Shown: one piece after another, positions 37,735 through 48,308 of the stretch
How the letters are laid out: the number at the start of each line of letters is the position of its first letter
Position numbering within the stretch: the stretch's first letter is position 1
Source of the DNA: a candidate division FCPU426 bacterium
GTDB taxonomy: Bacteria; Oederibacteriota; Muellerivitia; Muellerivitales; Muellerivitaceae
Reading direction: 5' to 3'
Assembly (NCBI GenBank): GCA_963771075.1
Contig: CAVYSE010000028.1
Location: forward strand, 128,001 to 192,000
DNA: 64,000 nt
The notes under the pieces: generated by a model
Told to the model about the DNA's origin: nothing
Databases searched by the model: none
Seen by the model: only the letters and a program-made list of their open reading frames with translations
Program-made: the position numbers and the translations under genes

Positions 37735-38977
37735 TTAGGGGTTAAAGACCAACAGGGATCCGGTCCCGTAGCTGTAATTATTGGTCGCCAAACCATTGTT
37801 GTTCCAATCGGAAACAACGATTTGGCCATTGCTAAGAAAGGCGATTCCATCTGGGCTGGAGAAGGTTTGGGCGCCCGTACCACCCGCCAAATAGGTCAAA
37901 AGTGCTCCATTCGGATGCGAATTGATCCACCATACTGTTGCCCGCATCACAGGCATAAATATTATTGGCCGAATCCACCCCCAGCCCGAAAACATTGGAG
38001 TAACCATCACTAAAGATATCCGTGGAAGCGAAAATGGACCAGGTGGAGGACGAGCCGTTTAACATTTGAATTTGTTCGTTGCCCGAATCGGCCACATAGA
38101 GATTGTTATTGGAATCAATCACAAGTCCACTAGGAGTGTTAACTGCCCCGACGCCGGAAGTCCAAGAAGTCACGAGGGTAAAAGATGATCCCGAATAGGT
38201 ATAAACATCTATTTGGTTGTTTACAGCGTCCGACACGAAGATGGTAACTCCCGTAGTATCCACCGCGATACCTTCGGGCCCGGATAAGGACCCTGCCCCC
38301 GCGATGGTCACCGCTCCGGCGGGAATCCAACCCGACGTAAAGGCGTAAACCGCTCCCGGGCTTCCCCCATCCAGCACAAAGGTAGTTCCGCTGTTAAAGG
38401 CGATGCCGTAAGGCTCTGTAAAATTCACTGTCCCATATTGGGTGATTGTGCTTTGAACCACGCCTGAAGTATTTAGAACCTGCACTTGGGATACGGTATC
38501 TTCACCTTCCGCGACAAAACAAGCTGGGAGTGGAGTTATACGCCACCCCGTTGGGGTACTGGATGCCCGAGGGTATCCATTGGGCGATAACATGTTGACC
38601 GGAGTAACGCTTACGAAAGGCGTGCTGGTGGGCCAGGGGGTGATCGTGTTGGTGGGCGTGATGGTGTTGGTGACCGTATTCGTGCCCGTGGGGATGTTCG
38701 TGAAAGTCGGTGTGTTTGTATAAGTCCCAGGGGTAGGCGTAAGGGTGGGAGTCGAGGTATTACCGTTCACGTTCGTGGCGGTGGCCGTCGCGGTCATTGT
38801 CGGCGTGGCCGTGATCGTCGAGGTATAGCCCGCCCAATTGGTGGCCGTGGGGGTGAAGGTGGGCGTGGGGGCGGGGCTGGTGGGCGAGTTTCCACAGGAC
38901 CAAGGGAAGGCCAGGACCCCGAGCAGGGAAAACAAGATAAACCAGTTTTTCATTTCCATTCCTCGCGTCTTCTTCAT
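37735..38977 (-). CDS. NHL-repeat lipoprotein with Thr/Pro-rich stalk (frameshifted)
   Basis: Lipobox PWSC, TPT repeats, NHL repeats (PEGIAVD...VSD, PSGLVIDSNNNLYVADSGN). Frame change near 37912 gives ...SPDGIAF...LLVFNP; a compensating indel pair at ~38525-38595 hides QYPNGVAYN. Confidence 0.78.
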
Positions 38978-40076
38978 GGGGCGAAATTATAAATGGTGTT
39001 GTTGCCGGAATCGGCCACGTAAACCTCGTTGGTGGAATCCACTGCCACGGCCACCGGGTTTACCAATGAATTATTGGCGTTGAAAGAGAACGATGGCGAA
39101 TTGGTAAAGCTGCCGAGGGGAGACCAGAGCTCAACGGTCTTGTTGCCGGTGTCAGCCACGTATAAATTCCCGGCCGTATCCAGGGCCAATCCGTTGGGCT
39201 GATAAAAACCGGTATAGGTCCAGGTGAAGCTTGCGCTGGAAGTGTACACGTTCACGGAGTCATAGGTGCCCGAGCCCGGATGGGTGCCTTGAACATCAAG
39301 GGCGACATAAAGATTATTGGCGCCATCCACTGCGATTCCCGCAGGGGTCGTTCCAGAAGGGAAAGCTAAGGGACTTCCGCTGGTGTAGGTACCATAGGAG
39401 AGAGGATTACCCTGGGGCGACAACTTCACGATTTGCCGGTTGCCCGAATCGCTCACGAAAAGATTCCCCGTCCCGTCCAGCGCCAAACCCTTGGGATTGC
39501 TAAAACTGCCCGTTCCGTTGTTCGTGAAGGCGTAAGGTAATTGCCGTTGCCATCAAACACCCCGATACCCGCCGAGCCCGCCACGAACAAGATCATCCTG
39601 GCCGAACGCCGATTCACGGCCATGGCCAACGGGCTGTTGAAGTTGATAATCCCCTTCCCTTTTCCGCCCGCTCCCCAGGAGGTGACCAGGCTTCCGGTGT
39701 TGGTGAATTTTTCCACGCGGTTGTTGCCGGTATCCGCTACATATAGGTAGATAGTAGGGGAATTCTGGACCGCTAAAGCCGAGGGATGGTTGAACGTATA
39801 GGAACCAAACGCCGAGGTCCAGCTTACAGTCACGTAGGGATTAGGCGTATTCGTAAGGGTCGGAGTGCCGGTGACCGTGGCGGTAGGGGTGAAGGTGAAG
39901 GTCGGGGTAAAGGTCAGGGTGGGGTTGCCCGCCTGGACGGTCTGCAGGGGAGCGGTAAAGGTCGGCCCCGTGGGATTGGCCGAACAAGCCAAACCTAAAA
40001 CCACCGCGGAAACTCCCAGGCAAGCCAAGAGCAGGAGAAGCAGACCGTTTCGCAGGTTGGAATGTTTTTGTTTCAT
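38974..40076 (-). CDS. NHL-repeat lipoprotein with Thr/Pro-rich stalk (frameshifted)
   Basis: Lipobox GLAC, TPT repeats, YVADTGNNRVEKF. Frame change near 39530 joins to FSNPKGLALDGTGNLFVSDSGN...IYNFAP. Confidence 0.8.
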
Positions 40077-40082
40077 GTTCGT

Positions 40083-40829
40083 TTACTCGAAACCGACGGA
40101 GGTGCCCAGCGTAAAGACCAGGCCGCTCCCGTCATTGCTTGGGTTGTAGGTGCTTTGGGTCAAGATGTTATATTGTTGGGTCACCCCCGCGAATTGGGAG
40201 AAACTTGCGAGACGTTGGTAAACCCCGAATTGAAGGGCGAAATGCGGGTCGAAATAATAATCCGCACCCAGCCCAAAATCGAAAGCCAAGCCGGCCAGGG
40301 TCACTGAACCGATATCCCCATAAGCGTCCATGTCCGCGTTGGCGACCGTGATCCAAGGAAAGCCAACCCCAAAGTTCACGAAGGGCTGGATGTTTTGTTC
40401 GGTGAAAAAATACCTTTTAAAATCAACGTTAATGGATTGGTAAGTGGCCGAACCCTCGAACTGGGAAATGGTCGCGGAGGGGTTATTGTTGGGAAAATTA
40501 AGGGTGGCGGGGCCGAAGATAGCCGTGTGGTTGGAGGACCAATAACTGACTTCCACCGCGTAGGCATCCTCCCGATGGCCCAAAAGAAACCCGTAACCGA
40601 AATTCTGCTGGAGGGAGGGAAGAAGAAAAACCTCATAGGAAGGGATATCCGACCGGGCGTAATTGCTACCCGAAAACTCGCCCGTATTGCTCACGGTGAT
40701 CGAGGTTCCGACGACCCCGATATAGGTGCGGGTATGGATGATATCGTTGGGATTGTCCGCCAAAAGGGCGCCCGCGAAGAGGGTAAACACCCCAAGACCT
40801 GTCGCCAGGGCTAGCAAGTTGAATTTCAT
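40083..40829 (-). CDS. Outer-membrane beta-barrel protein (paralog of 36790-37587)
   Basis: Signal peptide; strands QPFVNFGVGFPW, FDFGLGADYYF, FTLGTSVGFE. Confidence 0.75.
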   Translation of the reverse strand: MKFNLLALATGLGVFTLFAGALLADNPNDIIHTRTYIGVVGTSITVSNTGEFSGSNYARSDIPSYEVFLLPSLQQNFGYGFLLGHREDAYAVEVSYWSSNHTAIFGPATLNFPNNNPSATISQFEGSATYQSINVDFKRYFFTEQNIQPFVNFGVGFPWITVANADMDAYGDIGSVTLAGLAFDFGLGADYYFDPHFALQFGVYQRLASFSQFAGVTQQYNILTQSTYNPSNDGSGLVFTLGTSVGFE

Positions 40830-40985
40830 GCTTATCAAAATCCTTCGATTACTTCTAAATCTCCCGCAGCTATTAGAAGCGGGGGCCACACACCGTTGGA
40901 ATAAGGGCGACATTGTAGCCGATTTCCCTTAAAAACCAGCTTAAAAAGATGCCGCTCTTTGGACGGCCCATCACCCGGGAGGGTG

Positions 40986-41699
40986 TCAACTTTTTTGGCC
41001 TTTATTCCGGGAAATCCAAATTCCGAGCGTTATCAGGCCCAGGCTTAAAAGAATAAAGGGCCAAACCGGGAAAGCGCGGTCCCCAAGGGACCATCTCATA
41101 TATAGGTAGGGCACCCAAGTGGCCAGGGCCAAAAAGTTCAAGTTCGCCGAGGCGTTCCGGGAAGGGGCCGGAACAGGTTTTTTTTCTGACTCCTGGGCCT
41201 GGCCGGGGGGAGTCAGACCGCCCGCCTGCCCTAGGTCCGCCACCTGGCGGTTGATCCGGTGGATTGCCACGACATTCTCGGAGATGGTCTGGTAGGAGAT
41301 CCAAAGGGATCGGATATTGAGGGCCAAAGCCAGGACCATCAGGCTTCCATGGATCCAGGGAGCCAGGAAACCAGCCGCCACAGCCCCTCCCGCCGCCACA
41401 GCCGCCGCCATGGCCAGGATGGAAAGCATCAGGCTGGGATAGGCGCGGTTCTTGTATTCCTTGGTCTTCTCGACCCACTCCCCGCTCAAGCCCGTCTCCA
41501 AGACCTTCTTCTTGATGGTTTTACCGCTACCGATGAAGAAACCAAAGATCAGGCATTGCAGGAGCACGATGAGCAGGCCCAGAAAAAGCCCCCAAAGGGC
41601 GTGCAGGGGGATCGGTAATAAATGCCCGAACCCCGCTCCCAAGGTCACGATAAATAATAGAAGAAAGGTCGCGCTGACGCTGAGAAAAACTGTGGGCAA
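40986..41699 (-). CDS. Hypothetical multi-pass membrane protein
   Basis: About six hydrophobic segments, no recognised motif. Confidence 0.6.
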   Translation of the reverse strand: MPTVFLSVSATFLLLFIVTLGAGFGHLLPIPLHALWGLFLGLLIVLLQCLIFGFFIGSGKTIKKKVLETGLSGEWVEKTKEYKNRAYPSLMLSILAMAAAVAAGGAVAAGFLAPWIHGSLMVLALALNIRSLWISYQTISENVVAIHRINRQVADLGQAGGLTPPGQAQESEKKPVPAPSRNASANLNFLALATWVPYLYMRWSLGDRAFPVWPFILLSLGLITLGIWISRNKGQKS

Positions 41700-41781
41700 G
41701 AAGAAACCTTCTTTTTATAAAAGGGGATGGGAAACCTAATCGTGCCGGGCTTGGGCGAAAGACGCCGGAAGAACCGACCGG

Positions 41782-42462
41782 TTATTCCTTCAACCACTCC
41801 ACCTGACCGCCGTCAATATGATAGACACAGCCCACGATTTTCAACAGGTCGCCCTGCTCCAACTGCCAGAGGGTGGGGCTCTGCTCGCGGATGGTCCGCA
41901 TGGTGTTGATCACGTTGGTGCGAACCGTCGCGTCCAGCCGCTGGGTTTCGGTCAGGCTGGTCGCGGTGACCGCCTCAACCGCCGGTTGAAGGCGCCCATT
42001 CAGGTCCTCCAGGTTGAGGGACCGCCACAAAACCTCACTGGCCTTGGGATGATCGTGCTCCTTGATCGCTTGCTGGAGGGCCGTGCAATCGGTATGGCCC
42101 ATGACGACCAGCACGGGGCAATGAAGACGGGTGGCCCCGTATTCAAGGCTTCCCAGGATGACTTTGTCTACGATGTTACCCCAGGCCCGGTTCACGTAAA
42201 GCTCCCCAGGCTTCATGTGGAAAACGACCTCAGGCGGCACACGGGAGTCCGCGCAACTGACGACCATGGCTTTCGGCAGGCCGCTTTTATACTTCAAATG
42301 GGCCATGTGATATTCATCACCGTCCTTGAGGGCCTTCATGATCTCTTGTTGGGTTTTTTGGACGTCGGCCGGAGCCAGTTCGCCGGTTCGCTCCCGGGCG
42401 CCCAAGGGGTGAATCGACAATAGAACCAACAATAGCCCCCCCATCCATAAAGCCCTGACCAT
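41782..42462 (-). CDS. Beta-class carbonic anhydrase with signal peptide
   Basis: Zn ligands CADSRV and HTDC, GSLEYG; hydrophobic N-terminus. Confidence 0.9.
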   Translation of the reverse strand: MVRALWMGGLLLVLLSIHPLGARERTGELAPADVQKTQQEIMKALKDGDEYHMAHLKYKSGLPKAMVVSCADSRVPPEVVFHMKPGELYVNRAWGNIVDKVILGSLEYGATRLHCPVLVVMGHTDCTALQQAIKEHDHPKASEVLWRSLNLEDLNGRLQPAVEAVTATSLTETQRLDATVRTNVINTMRTIREQSPTLWQLEQGDLLKIVGCVYHIDGGQVEWLKE

Positions 42463-42727
42463 ACCGCCCTCCCGCCTTCTGAAATAATGAACCGCAGGGA
42501 AATTATATTCCCAAGAAGCTGCCCATCCCATCGGAAAGAACAGCTTTCAAGGCGAAAGACGGGAAGTTCTATGCCGTTTCGCCAGCAGGAAAGAAAAAGG
42601 GCTCGGAATGGCCCTTTATCGAAAAACCTCCTTCCCAAAGAGGGATGGCGGAGAACCGCCCGAAAAAGAATTTTCATTCTCCTGAAGCCCTGTTTACAAT
42701 AACCGCTCCATTTGAACGGGGGAAACC

Positions 42728-44002
42728 ATGCTTGATCCAAAATATGTGCGTGAACACGAAGCCGAAGTCCGCAAGGCCCTGGAAGATTGCCGTTCCAAGG
42801 TGGATCTCTCCCTTTACTTGGACCTGGACCGGCGCCGCCGGGACCTGATGATCTCGGTGGACAAGCGCAAGGCCCGGTTGAACCAGGCATCCGAGGAGAT
42901 GGGAAAGCTAAAAAAAGAAGGCAAGGATATTTCGCCCTTCCAGGCCAAGCTCAAGGAACTCTCCAACGAAATCCAGCAAATGGACGCCGAAATCGCCTCG
43001 GTGGAGAAGGATTTCCATGAAATCGAGCTTCAGGTTTGCAACCTTCCCCATCCATCCGTTCCTGTCGGCGGGGAGGAGGCCAACCAGGAAATCCGCCGGG
43101 TGGGCGAACCGAAGAAATTCGACTTCAAACCCAAAAGCCACGACGAGATCGGTACGGCGCTCGGCATCCTCGATTTTGAGCGGGCGGCTAAAATTTCCGG
43201 CGCCCGGTTCTTCACGCTCGCTGGGTTTGGCGCCAAGCTGGAACGCGCCCTCACGAACTTTATGCTCGACCTTCACGCCCGAAAGGGTTACCAGGAAAGG
43301 GTGGTACCCCACCTGGTCAATTACGATTCCATGGAGATGTCCGGCCAATTCCCCAAATTCATCGAACAGGCCTTCGCCATCGAGAAGGACGGATTCTACC
43401 TGATCCCCACCGCCGAGGTTTCCCTGGCGAACCTGCACCGGGGCGAAACCTTTCCCGCCGGTTCCCTTCCTAAAAAATACATGGCCTACACTCCCTGCTA
43501 CCGCCGGGAAGCGGGCAGTTACGGCAAGGACACCAAGGGCCTGATCCGCCTGCACCAATTCAACAAGGTGGAGCTGTTCCAGTTCGTGGAGCCGGACAAG
43601 AGCATGGAGGCTTTGGAATCCCTGACCGGGGACGCGGAGGATGTCTTGAAAACCCTGGGTCTCCCCTACCGGGTCGTGGTCCTGGCCACGGGCGACAAGA
43701 GTTTCAGCTCAACCAAAACCTACGACCTGGAAGTCTGGCTCCCCAGCCAAAACACCTACCGGGAAATTTCCAGCTGTTCCAACTGCACCGATTTCCAGGC
43801 GCGACGGGGCGGCATCAAGGTCAAGCGGGAGGGCGGCAAGCCCGAACTGGTCCATACCTTGAACGGCTCGGGTCTCGCGGTGGGCCGGACCTGGCTGGCC
43901 ATTCTCGAGAATTACCAGCAGGCGGATGGCACCGTCACGGTGCCCGAAGCGCTTCAACCTTATATGGATGGTTTAAAAACTATTCCTCTAAAAAAGTCTT
44001 GA
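42728..44002 (+). CDS. serS: Serine--tRNA ligase
   Basis: N-terminal coiled coil, LIPTAEV, CYRREAGSYGKDTKGLIRLHQFNKVE, EISSCSNC, HTLNGSGLAVGR. Confidence 0.98.
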   Translation: MLDPKYVREHEAEVRKALEDCRSKVDLSLYLDLDRRRRDLMISVDKRKARLNQASEEMGKLKKEGKDISPFQAKLKELSNEIQQMDAEIASVEKDFHEIELQVCNLPHPSVPVGGEEANQEIRRVGEPKKFDFKPKSHDEIGTALGILDFERAAKISGARFFTLAGFGAKLERALTNFMLDLHARKGYQERVVPHLVNYDSMEMSGQFPKFIEQAFAIEKDGFYLIPTAEVSLANLHRGETFPAGSLPKKYMAYTPCYRREAGSYGKDTKGLIRLHQFNKVELFQFVEPDKSMEALESLTGDAEDVLKTLGLPYRVVVLATGDKSFSSTKTYDLEVWLPSQNTYREISSCSNCTDFQARRGGIKVKREGGKPELVHTLNGSGLAVGRTWLAILENYQQADGTVTVPEALQPYMDGLKTIPLKKS

Positions 44003-44190
44003 TAGGACTTGGCCTCCCCGCTCCCCAATATGGGATAAAGTCCGTCTTTAATTTAAGAAATTACAAATAAAACCTTATTTTTCTACCCCTTCCGCTCCTA
44101 AATTTCCAACCCCGCACCAGAAACCCCTAAATCCCCGGGAGGGTTCTGCTACAATACAGGCTGTTTTTAAGCCAACGGAGGAAGCCCCGA

Positions 44191-44385
44191 ATGCCGGAAA
44201 AAAACATGAAACCGATGAATGCCGTGCAACCCCGAATGTCCAGCGCCGGAAAACTGACGCTAGGTGTGGGAGTGGGTGTACTGGTGGCCGGTTACATGTT
44301 CCTGGCCACGGGTTCCATGACTCTGGCCCCCGTCTTGATCATCGGGGGGCTAATCACGGTCGGGATCGGCATTTATAATCTTTAA
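44191..44385 (+). CDS. Small two-TM membrane protein
   Basis: Strong RBS GGAGGA, upstream TGCTACAAT, hydrophobic hairpin (TLAPVLII). Confidence 0.65.
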   Translation: MPEKNMKPMNAVQPRMSSAGKLTLGVGVGVLVAGYMFLATGSMTLAPVLIIGGLITVGIGIYNL

Positions 44386-44403
44386 ACTCGAGTTAAGGTT
44401 TTC

Positions 44404-44928
44404 ATGTTTCCCCAGCCGCCCCAGTTGGTGCCAAGCGAGATTTGCCTGGAGTGCCCCGTTTGTTGCAGGTTCCCTGAAAAAAACGCCGCTTTGTCGCCCT
44501 TTTTTTTCCCGACCGAGCGTCAACCAGTGGATGCGATGCCTGTAAACGGTTCTTTTCGGGAGAAGGCGAAGGGCCTTCCCTCAAAGGCGGAACTTGTTCC
44601 TTGCGAGCATGGGTTCGCCTGTTCGTTTTTTGATCCTGGGGATCACACGTGCCGAATTTATCCGGCCCGCCCCCTGGATTGCGCGATGTACCCCGCGGTG
44701 GTGATGCAAAGTAAGGACCACCGCACCGTTTTGTTGGGCGCGGACACCAAATGTCCGGCCCTGTCGCGGAGTGAAGTGTCCGCGAAGCTGAAAAATTACT
44801 TAAATTGGATACAGCGATACTTGGAAAGCGCCGATCTCTCCTCCCTGATTCGTCAGAATCCTCAGTTCATCAGTGTCTACCAGGAAGAGGTGGTGGAGGT
44901 GCGCGAGCTGTCGCTGGGAAAGGCTTAA
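44404..44928 (+). CDS. YkgJ-family cysteine-cluster protein
   Basis: CLECPVCC, CSFF, CRIYPARPLDCAMYP. Confidence 0.85.
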   Translation: MFPQPPQLVPSEICLECPVCCRFPEKNAALSPFFFPTERQPVDAMPVNGSFREKAKGLPSKAELVPCEHGFACSFFDPGDHTCRIYPARPLDCAMYPAVVMQSKDHRTVLLGADTKCPALSRSEVSAKLKNYLNWIQRYLESADLSSLIRQNPQFISVYQEEVVEVRELSLGKA

Positions 44929-44931
44929 CAT

Positions 44932-45678
44932 ATGGTCGCCACTTTACAGGCGCTCCAGCCCCCCCGGGCCATGCGCTGGGTGACTCGCTGGAGATGGATT
45001 TCGATTAGTTCATTTGTCCTTTGTGTTCTTACATACTTTTTGCATTGGTGGGGGATGGTTTTTTTTGGGATCCCGCTCCTATGCTTTGGGATTTATAGCT
45101 TCACGGTCGCCCAGCACAGAAGCCGAATCGTGGGCGAGGGGAGCGAGGGCGAGGCCATGACGGCCAAGGTCCTGGACGGCCTGCAAATGGACGCCAAGGT
45201 CCTCCATTCAGTGCAGTTCCAGTCGGGCGACAAGGCCCGGGAGCTGGACCACCTGCTCATCACCAACAACACCATGTTCGTCATCGAAACCAAGTACCTG
45301 CGGGGCCGCATCGCCGGAGAGGTTCTCGACCGAGAATGGACCCTCCATAAAAGGGCCCGCAAGACCCGATCCCGTTACAAACGGGGTTTTTATAACCCCT
45401 TAAAGCAGGTCGCGACCCAGATCTACCACCTGCGAAGCCACTTGGAAGCAAATCTGCCGCCCCGCTGGGCCCAGGAATGCTCCCAGATATGGATCCAAGG
45501 CGTGGTGGTTTTCGCCCATCCCCAGGGCGACGCCTCGGCGGTGGTCAGCCATGAACATGGGGTTGTGGAATTGCCCAACCTGCCCCAATACCTGGCCAAT
45601 TACCGCCCACCTTCCAGGGCCCATCGCTTGAGTTACGGCCTGCGCCGAGAAATCGCGCGGGTCCTGACGGGCCAGTAA
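44932..45678 (+). CDS. Membrane-anchored NERD (nuclease-related) domain protein
   Basis: Two N-terminal TMs, GSEGE, ELDHLLI, FVIETK, NPLKQ. Confidence 0.85.
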   Translation: MVATLQALQPPRAMRWVTRWRWISISSFVLCVLTYFLHWWGMVFFGIPLLCFGIYSFTVAQHRSRIVGEGSEGEAMTAKVLDGLQMDAKVLHSVQFQSGDKARELDHLLITNNTMFVIETKYLRGRIAGEVLDREWTLHKRARKTRSRYKRGFYNPLKQVATQIYHLRSHLEANLPPRWAQECSQIWIQGVVVFAHPQGDASAVVSHEHGVVELPNLPQYLANYRPPSRAHRLSYGLRREIARVLTGQ

Positions 45679-45684
45679 ACCTGA

Positions 45685-45711
45685 AGCCCCGGAAAACCCG
45701 GGGCTTTTTTA
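45685..45711 (+). terminator. Intrinsic terminator
   Basis: AAGCCCCGG-AAAAC-CCGGGGCTT followed by a T-tract. Confidence 0.8.
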
Positions 45712-45725
45712 TTTCTGAGGCTGAC

Positions 45726-46649
45726 TTGCCTACCCTTCCCCATGCCGATTTTTTTGACCGCATCGAGCCCTTGAACCCAAATCAAGACAATGGGTTGGAT
45801 TGGTCGGAATCTCCCTTCGCGAACACCACATCCCTAAGCGGTTCCCTTCCTTCCTTTCTGATATGGCAGGATGAATTCGCCTACGCCTGGGCCGTCAAAA
45901 AAAACATCCATTTCATCCTGGCTCATTACAACAAATATGTTTATATGCCTGTCCCCCCCCAGCCCGTCACCGAGGAATCCTTGGCTTGGGCCTTCAGATA
46001 CATGGCAAGCGTGAACGGCCCTGGGCCCGGCATCTCCCGTATCGAAGGCGTCACCCATTTGGGGTTGAAAAAGCCTCCAGTGGGCCCTTATCAGCCCCGG
46101 CCTATCCTGACCGAATATATCTACGACCGGTCCCATGTCGCTTCGCTTCAAGGCAACGACTTCCGTTCGCAAAGGGCTTTATTGAACCACCTGTTAAGGG
46201 AAGAAAATGTGCTTTTCCGCCCCTACCGCTCATCCGACCTGAAAGCCTGCTGCGAATTGTTTGAGCTTTGGAAAGGCCAGCGCCTGCCCGCCCTACAAGG
46301 CCAAATGGGGGAGAAAATGATCTTGTCCGCCCAGAAGGCCCACCTTCGGGCCCTTCTCCAAGGTGAAAGGGTTGGAATGTCCTCCTGGGTGGTTTTTGTC
46401 GGGGAAAGGCTGGCGGCCTATACCTCCGGCGCCCCCCTCAACCCCGAAACTTACGGGATCTTCCTCGAGGTGGCGGACCTTTCCGTCAAGGGCCTTTCCG
46501 CCTATGTTTTTACCACCCTTTGCCGCCAGTTGGAGGGATACCGCACCGTGAACACAGGGGACGCCGAGGGCCTGCCCCATTTGGCGGAATCGAAGGAACA
46601 TTGGCATCCCATCAAGAAGCTTGCCTTATACGCGCTGGACCCCCTATAA
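45726..46649 (+). CDS. Stand-alone DUF2156 (aminoacyl-PG synthase catalytic-like, GNAT fold) protein
   Basis: EYIYDR...LQGNDFRSQR, FLEVADLSVKGLSAY, VNTGDAEGLPHLAESKEHWHP (divergent N-x-x-D-x-G-x-x-L-x-x-K pattern). Confidence 0.72.
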   Translation: MPTLPHADFFDRIEPLNPNQDNGLDWSESPFANTTSLSGSLPSFLIWQDEFAYAWAVKKNIHFILAHYNKYVYMPVPPQPVTEESLAWAFRYMASVNGPGPGISRIEGVTHLGLKKPPVGPYQPRPILTEYIYDRSHVASLQGNDFRSQRALLNHLLREENVLFRPYRSSDLKACCELFELWKGQRLPALQGQMGEKMILSAQKAHLRALLQGERVGMSSWVVFVGERLAAYTSGAPLNPETYGIFLEVADLSVKGLSAYVFTTLCRQLEGYRTVNTGDAEGLPHLAESKEHWHPIKKLALYALDPL

Positions 46650-46710
46650 AAATGAAGACGAAACCGGGATTTTGGTAAATTGGTCCGGCTTTTCACGAAT
46701 TGGAGGCCCC

Positions 46711-47241
46711 ATGGCGAAAAAATTGAATGTGAAATTTAAAAAAAAATCCGTCCAGCGGCTGAAAAAAAGGAACCCATCCGCGCTGAGCCGCCAAGCCCAC
46801 CCCGCCCAACCCTCCCACCGGGTGCGGGTAGACTGGCACCAGTACTTCATGAACATCGCCACCGAGGTCGCCACCCGTTCGACCTGCGACCGCAAGCATG
46901 TGGGTGCGGTGATTGTTAAGGATAAGACGATCCTCTCCACCGGCTATAACGGAAGTGTCCGGGGCCTGCCCCATTGCGACGACGCCGGCCATATGATGGA
47001 AGACAACCACTGCGTGGCCACAATCCACGCCGAGGCCAACGCGATTATCCAGGCCGCCCGCAACGGGGTGAGGGTGGAAGGGGCCGACATCTACGTGACT
47101 GCCTCTCCCTGCTGGAATTGTTTCAAGATGGTGGCCAACGCGGGCATCAAATCGATCTATTACGGCGAGTTTTACCGGGATGACCGCATTTTCGACGCGG
47201 CCAAGAAATTGCGGCTTATTGTGGTGCAGATCAAACCCTGA
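46711..47241 (+). CDS. dCMP deaminase family (ComEB-like) zinc deaminase
   Basis: RSTCDRKHVGA, GYNG, HAEANA, SPCWNC. Confidence 0.92.
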   Translation: MAKKLNVKFKKKSVQRLKKRNPSALSRQAHPAQPSHRVRVDWHQYFMNIATEVATRSTCDRKHVGAVIVKDKTILSTGYNGSVRGLPHCDDAGHMMEDNHCVATIHAEANAIIQAARNGVRVEGADIYVTASPCWNCFKMVANAGIKSIYYGEFYRDDRIFDAAKKLRLIVVQIKP

Positions 47242-47435
47242 ATATTTCCCTTTGAAATGGCAAAACAAAATCCCAAAAGGATTTTTGTCCCCTGACGAAG
47301 GGAACAATAGGGAGGCCTGGGGAAACGCCCCTTTTCAAACGACTTTTTTGAATTCAAGGTTGTTCAATAATTGAATTCGGATACAATGAGCAACCCTGAC
47401 AAACGGGAGGCAACCAAGGTAAAATCTTTCCGGTT

Positions 47436-47522
47436 GGAGGGTTAGTCCTAATTGGTAAGGCAGTGGACTTGAAATCCACCGGGGGAAACCCCTTGCAGGT
47501 TCGAGTCCTGCACCCTCCGCCA
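47436..47522 (+). tRNA. tRNA-Ser(TGA)
   Basis: Acceptor GGAGGGT/ACCCTCC, anticodon arm GTGGA-CT-TGA-AA-TCCAC, long variable arm, GGTTCGAGTCC, G73, encoded CCA. Confidence 0.96.
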
Positions 47523-47544
47523 ATTTTAAAAATAGAAGGACGAG

Positions 47545-47658
47545 AACCCGGGACGGTTTCGGGGAAACAGGCGTTTCCCCGGCGGTTAAAAAGGTGAACA
47601 CGTGGGGAACTTACCATGTGGGCGCAAAACGCGGTTCGACGATCTGCACCCTCCGTCA
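47545..47658 (+). repeat. tRNA-associated structured repeat, copy 1, ending in a degenerate copy of the tRNA 3' end
   Basis: AACCCG...CGGGGAAAC-AGGC-GTTTCCCCGG; CTGCACCCTCCGTCA (47644-47658) vs tRNA CTGCACCCTCCGCCA. Confidence 0.7.
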
Positions 47659-47874
47659 ACATTAAAACCACCGCGAGGAGTTACAAGCTAGGAGTGAGTA
47701 ACTAAAATTTCCTAACCCAAACTTCAAACTCCTTTCTGTTTTTCCGGAGAGGTAGGCGAGGGCTTTGCCCCTGCAGAAGCGGGACTCAACTATTAAAAAG
47801 GAATAAAACGATAATTTTCGTTTGGTCCAGGCGACGGAGACGACTTACAGTCGCTCGGATCAGTTTAATATTAC

Positions 47875-48004
<130 letters not shown>

Positions 48005-48022
48005 GTTATTAGGACAGATTCA

Positions 48023-48116
48023 AACCCGGAAGGAGTTCGGGGAAACAACCGTTTCCCCGGCTGTTCAATGGGGTAACGTAGGGAGGACTTCCCCAATGAG
48101 CCCTTCGCGCGGGTTT
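48023..48116 (+). repeat. tRNA-associated structured repeat, copy 2
   Basis: AACCCG...CGGGGAAAC-AACC-GTTTCCCCGG...CGGGTTT, closely resembling 47545-47587. Confidence 0.7.
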
Positions 48117-48308
48117 CAAGCCATCCAGCAGTAAAAAAATACTGTTATAAAATTTTCAGCGGAATTTGGCACCCCTCTTCTACTTATATGTTTCAAAAAC
48201 CAATAGGGGCCCAAGGGGTTGTGCCGTCCTCCACCCGGCCCAAAATCCTTCCCCTCTTTAATGTGGTTATCAGTTAAAATGCTTCAATTCACTTTTTGGG
48301 AGACGACC

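Noticed and set aside
44932..47241. NERD plus deaminase as an anti-phage defence system
   Set aside because: The genes are separated by a terminator and another gene, the deaminase looks like a housekeeping dCMP deaminase, and there is no defence-island context.
47436..47522. Possible tRNA-Sec or suppressor because of the TGA triplet
   Set aside because: The anticodon TGA reads UCA (Ser); tRNA-Sec has anticodon TCA.
47644..47658. Prophage or genomic-island att site
   Set aside because: Only ~135 bp from the tRNA end, with no integrase or phage genes; kept only as a mini-element scar.
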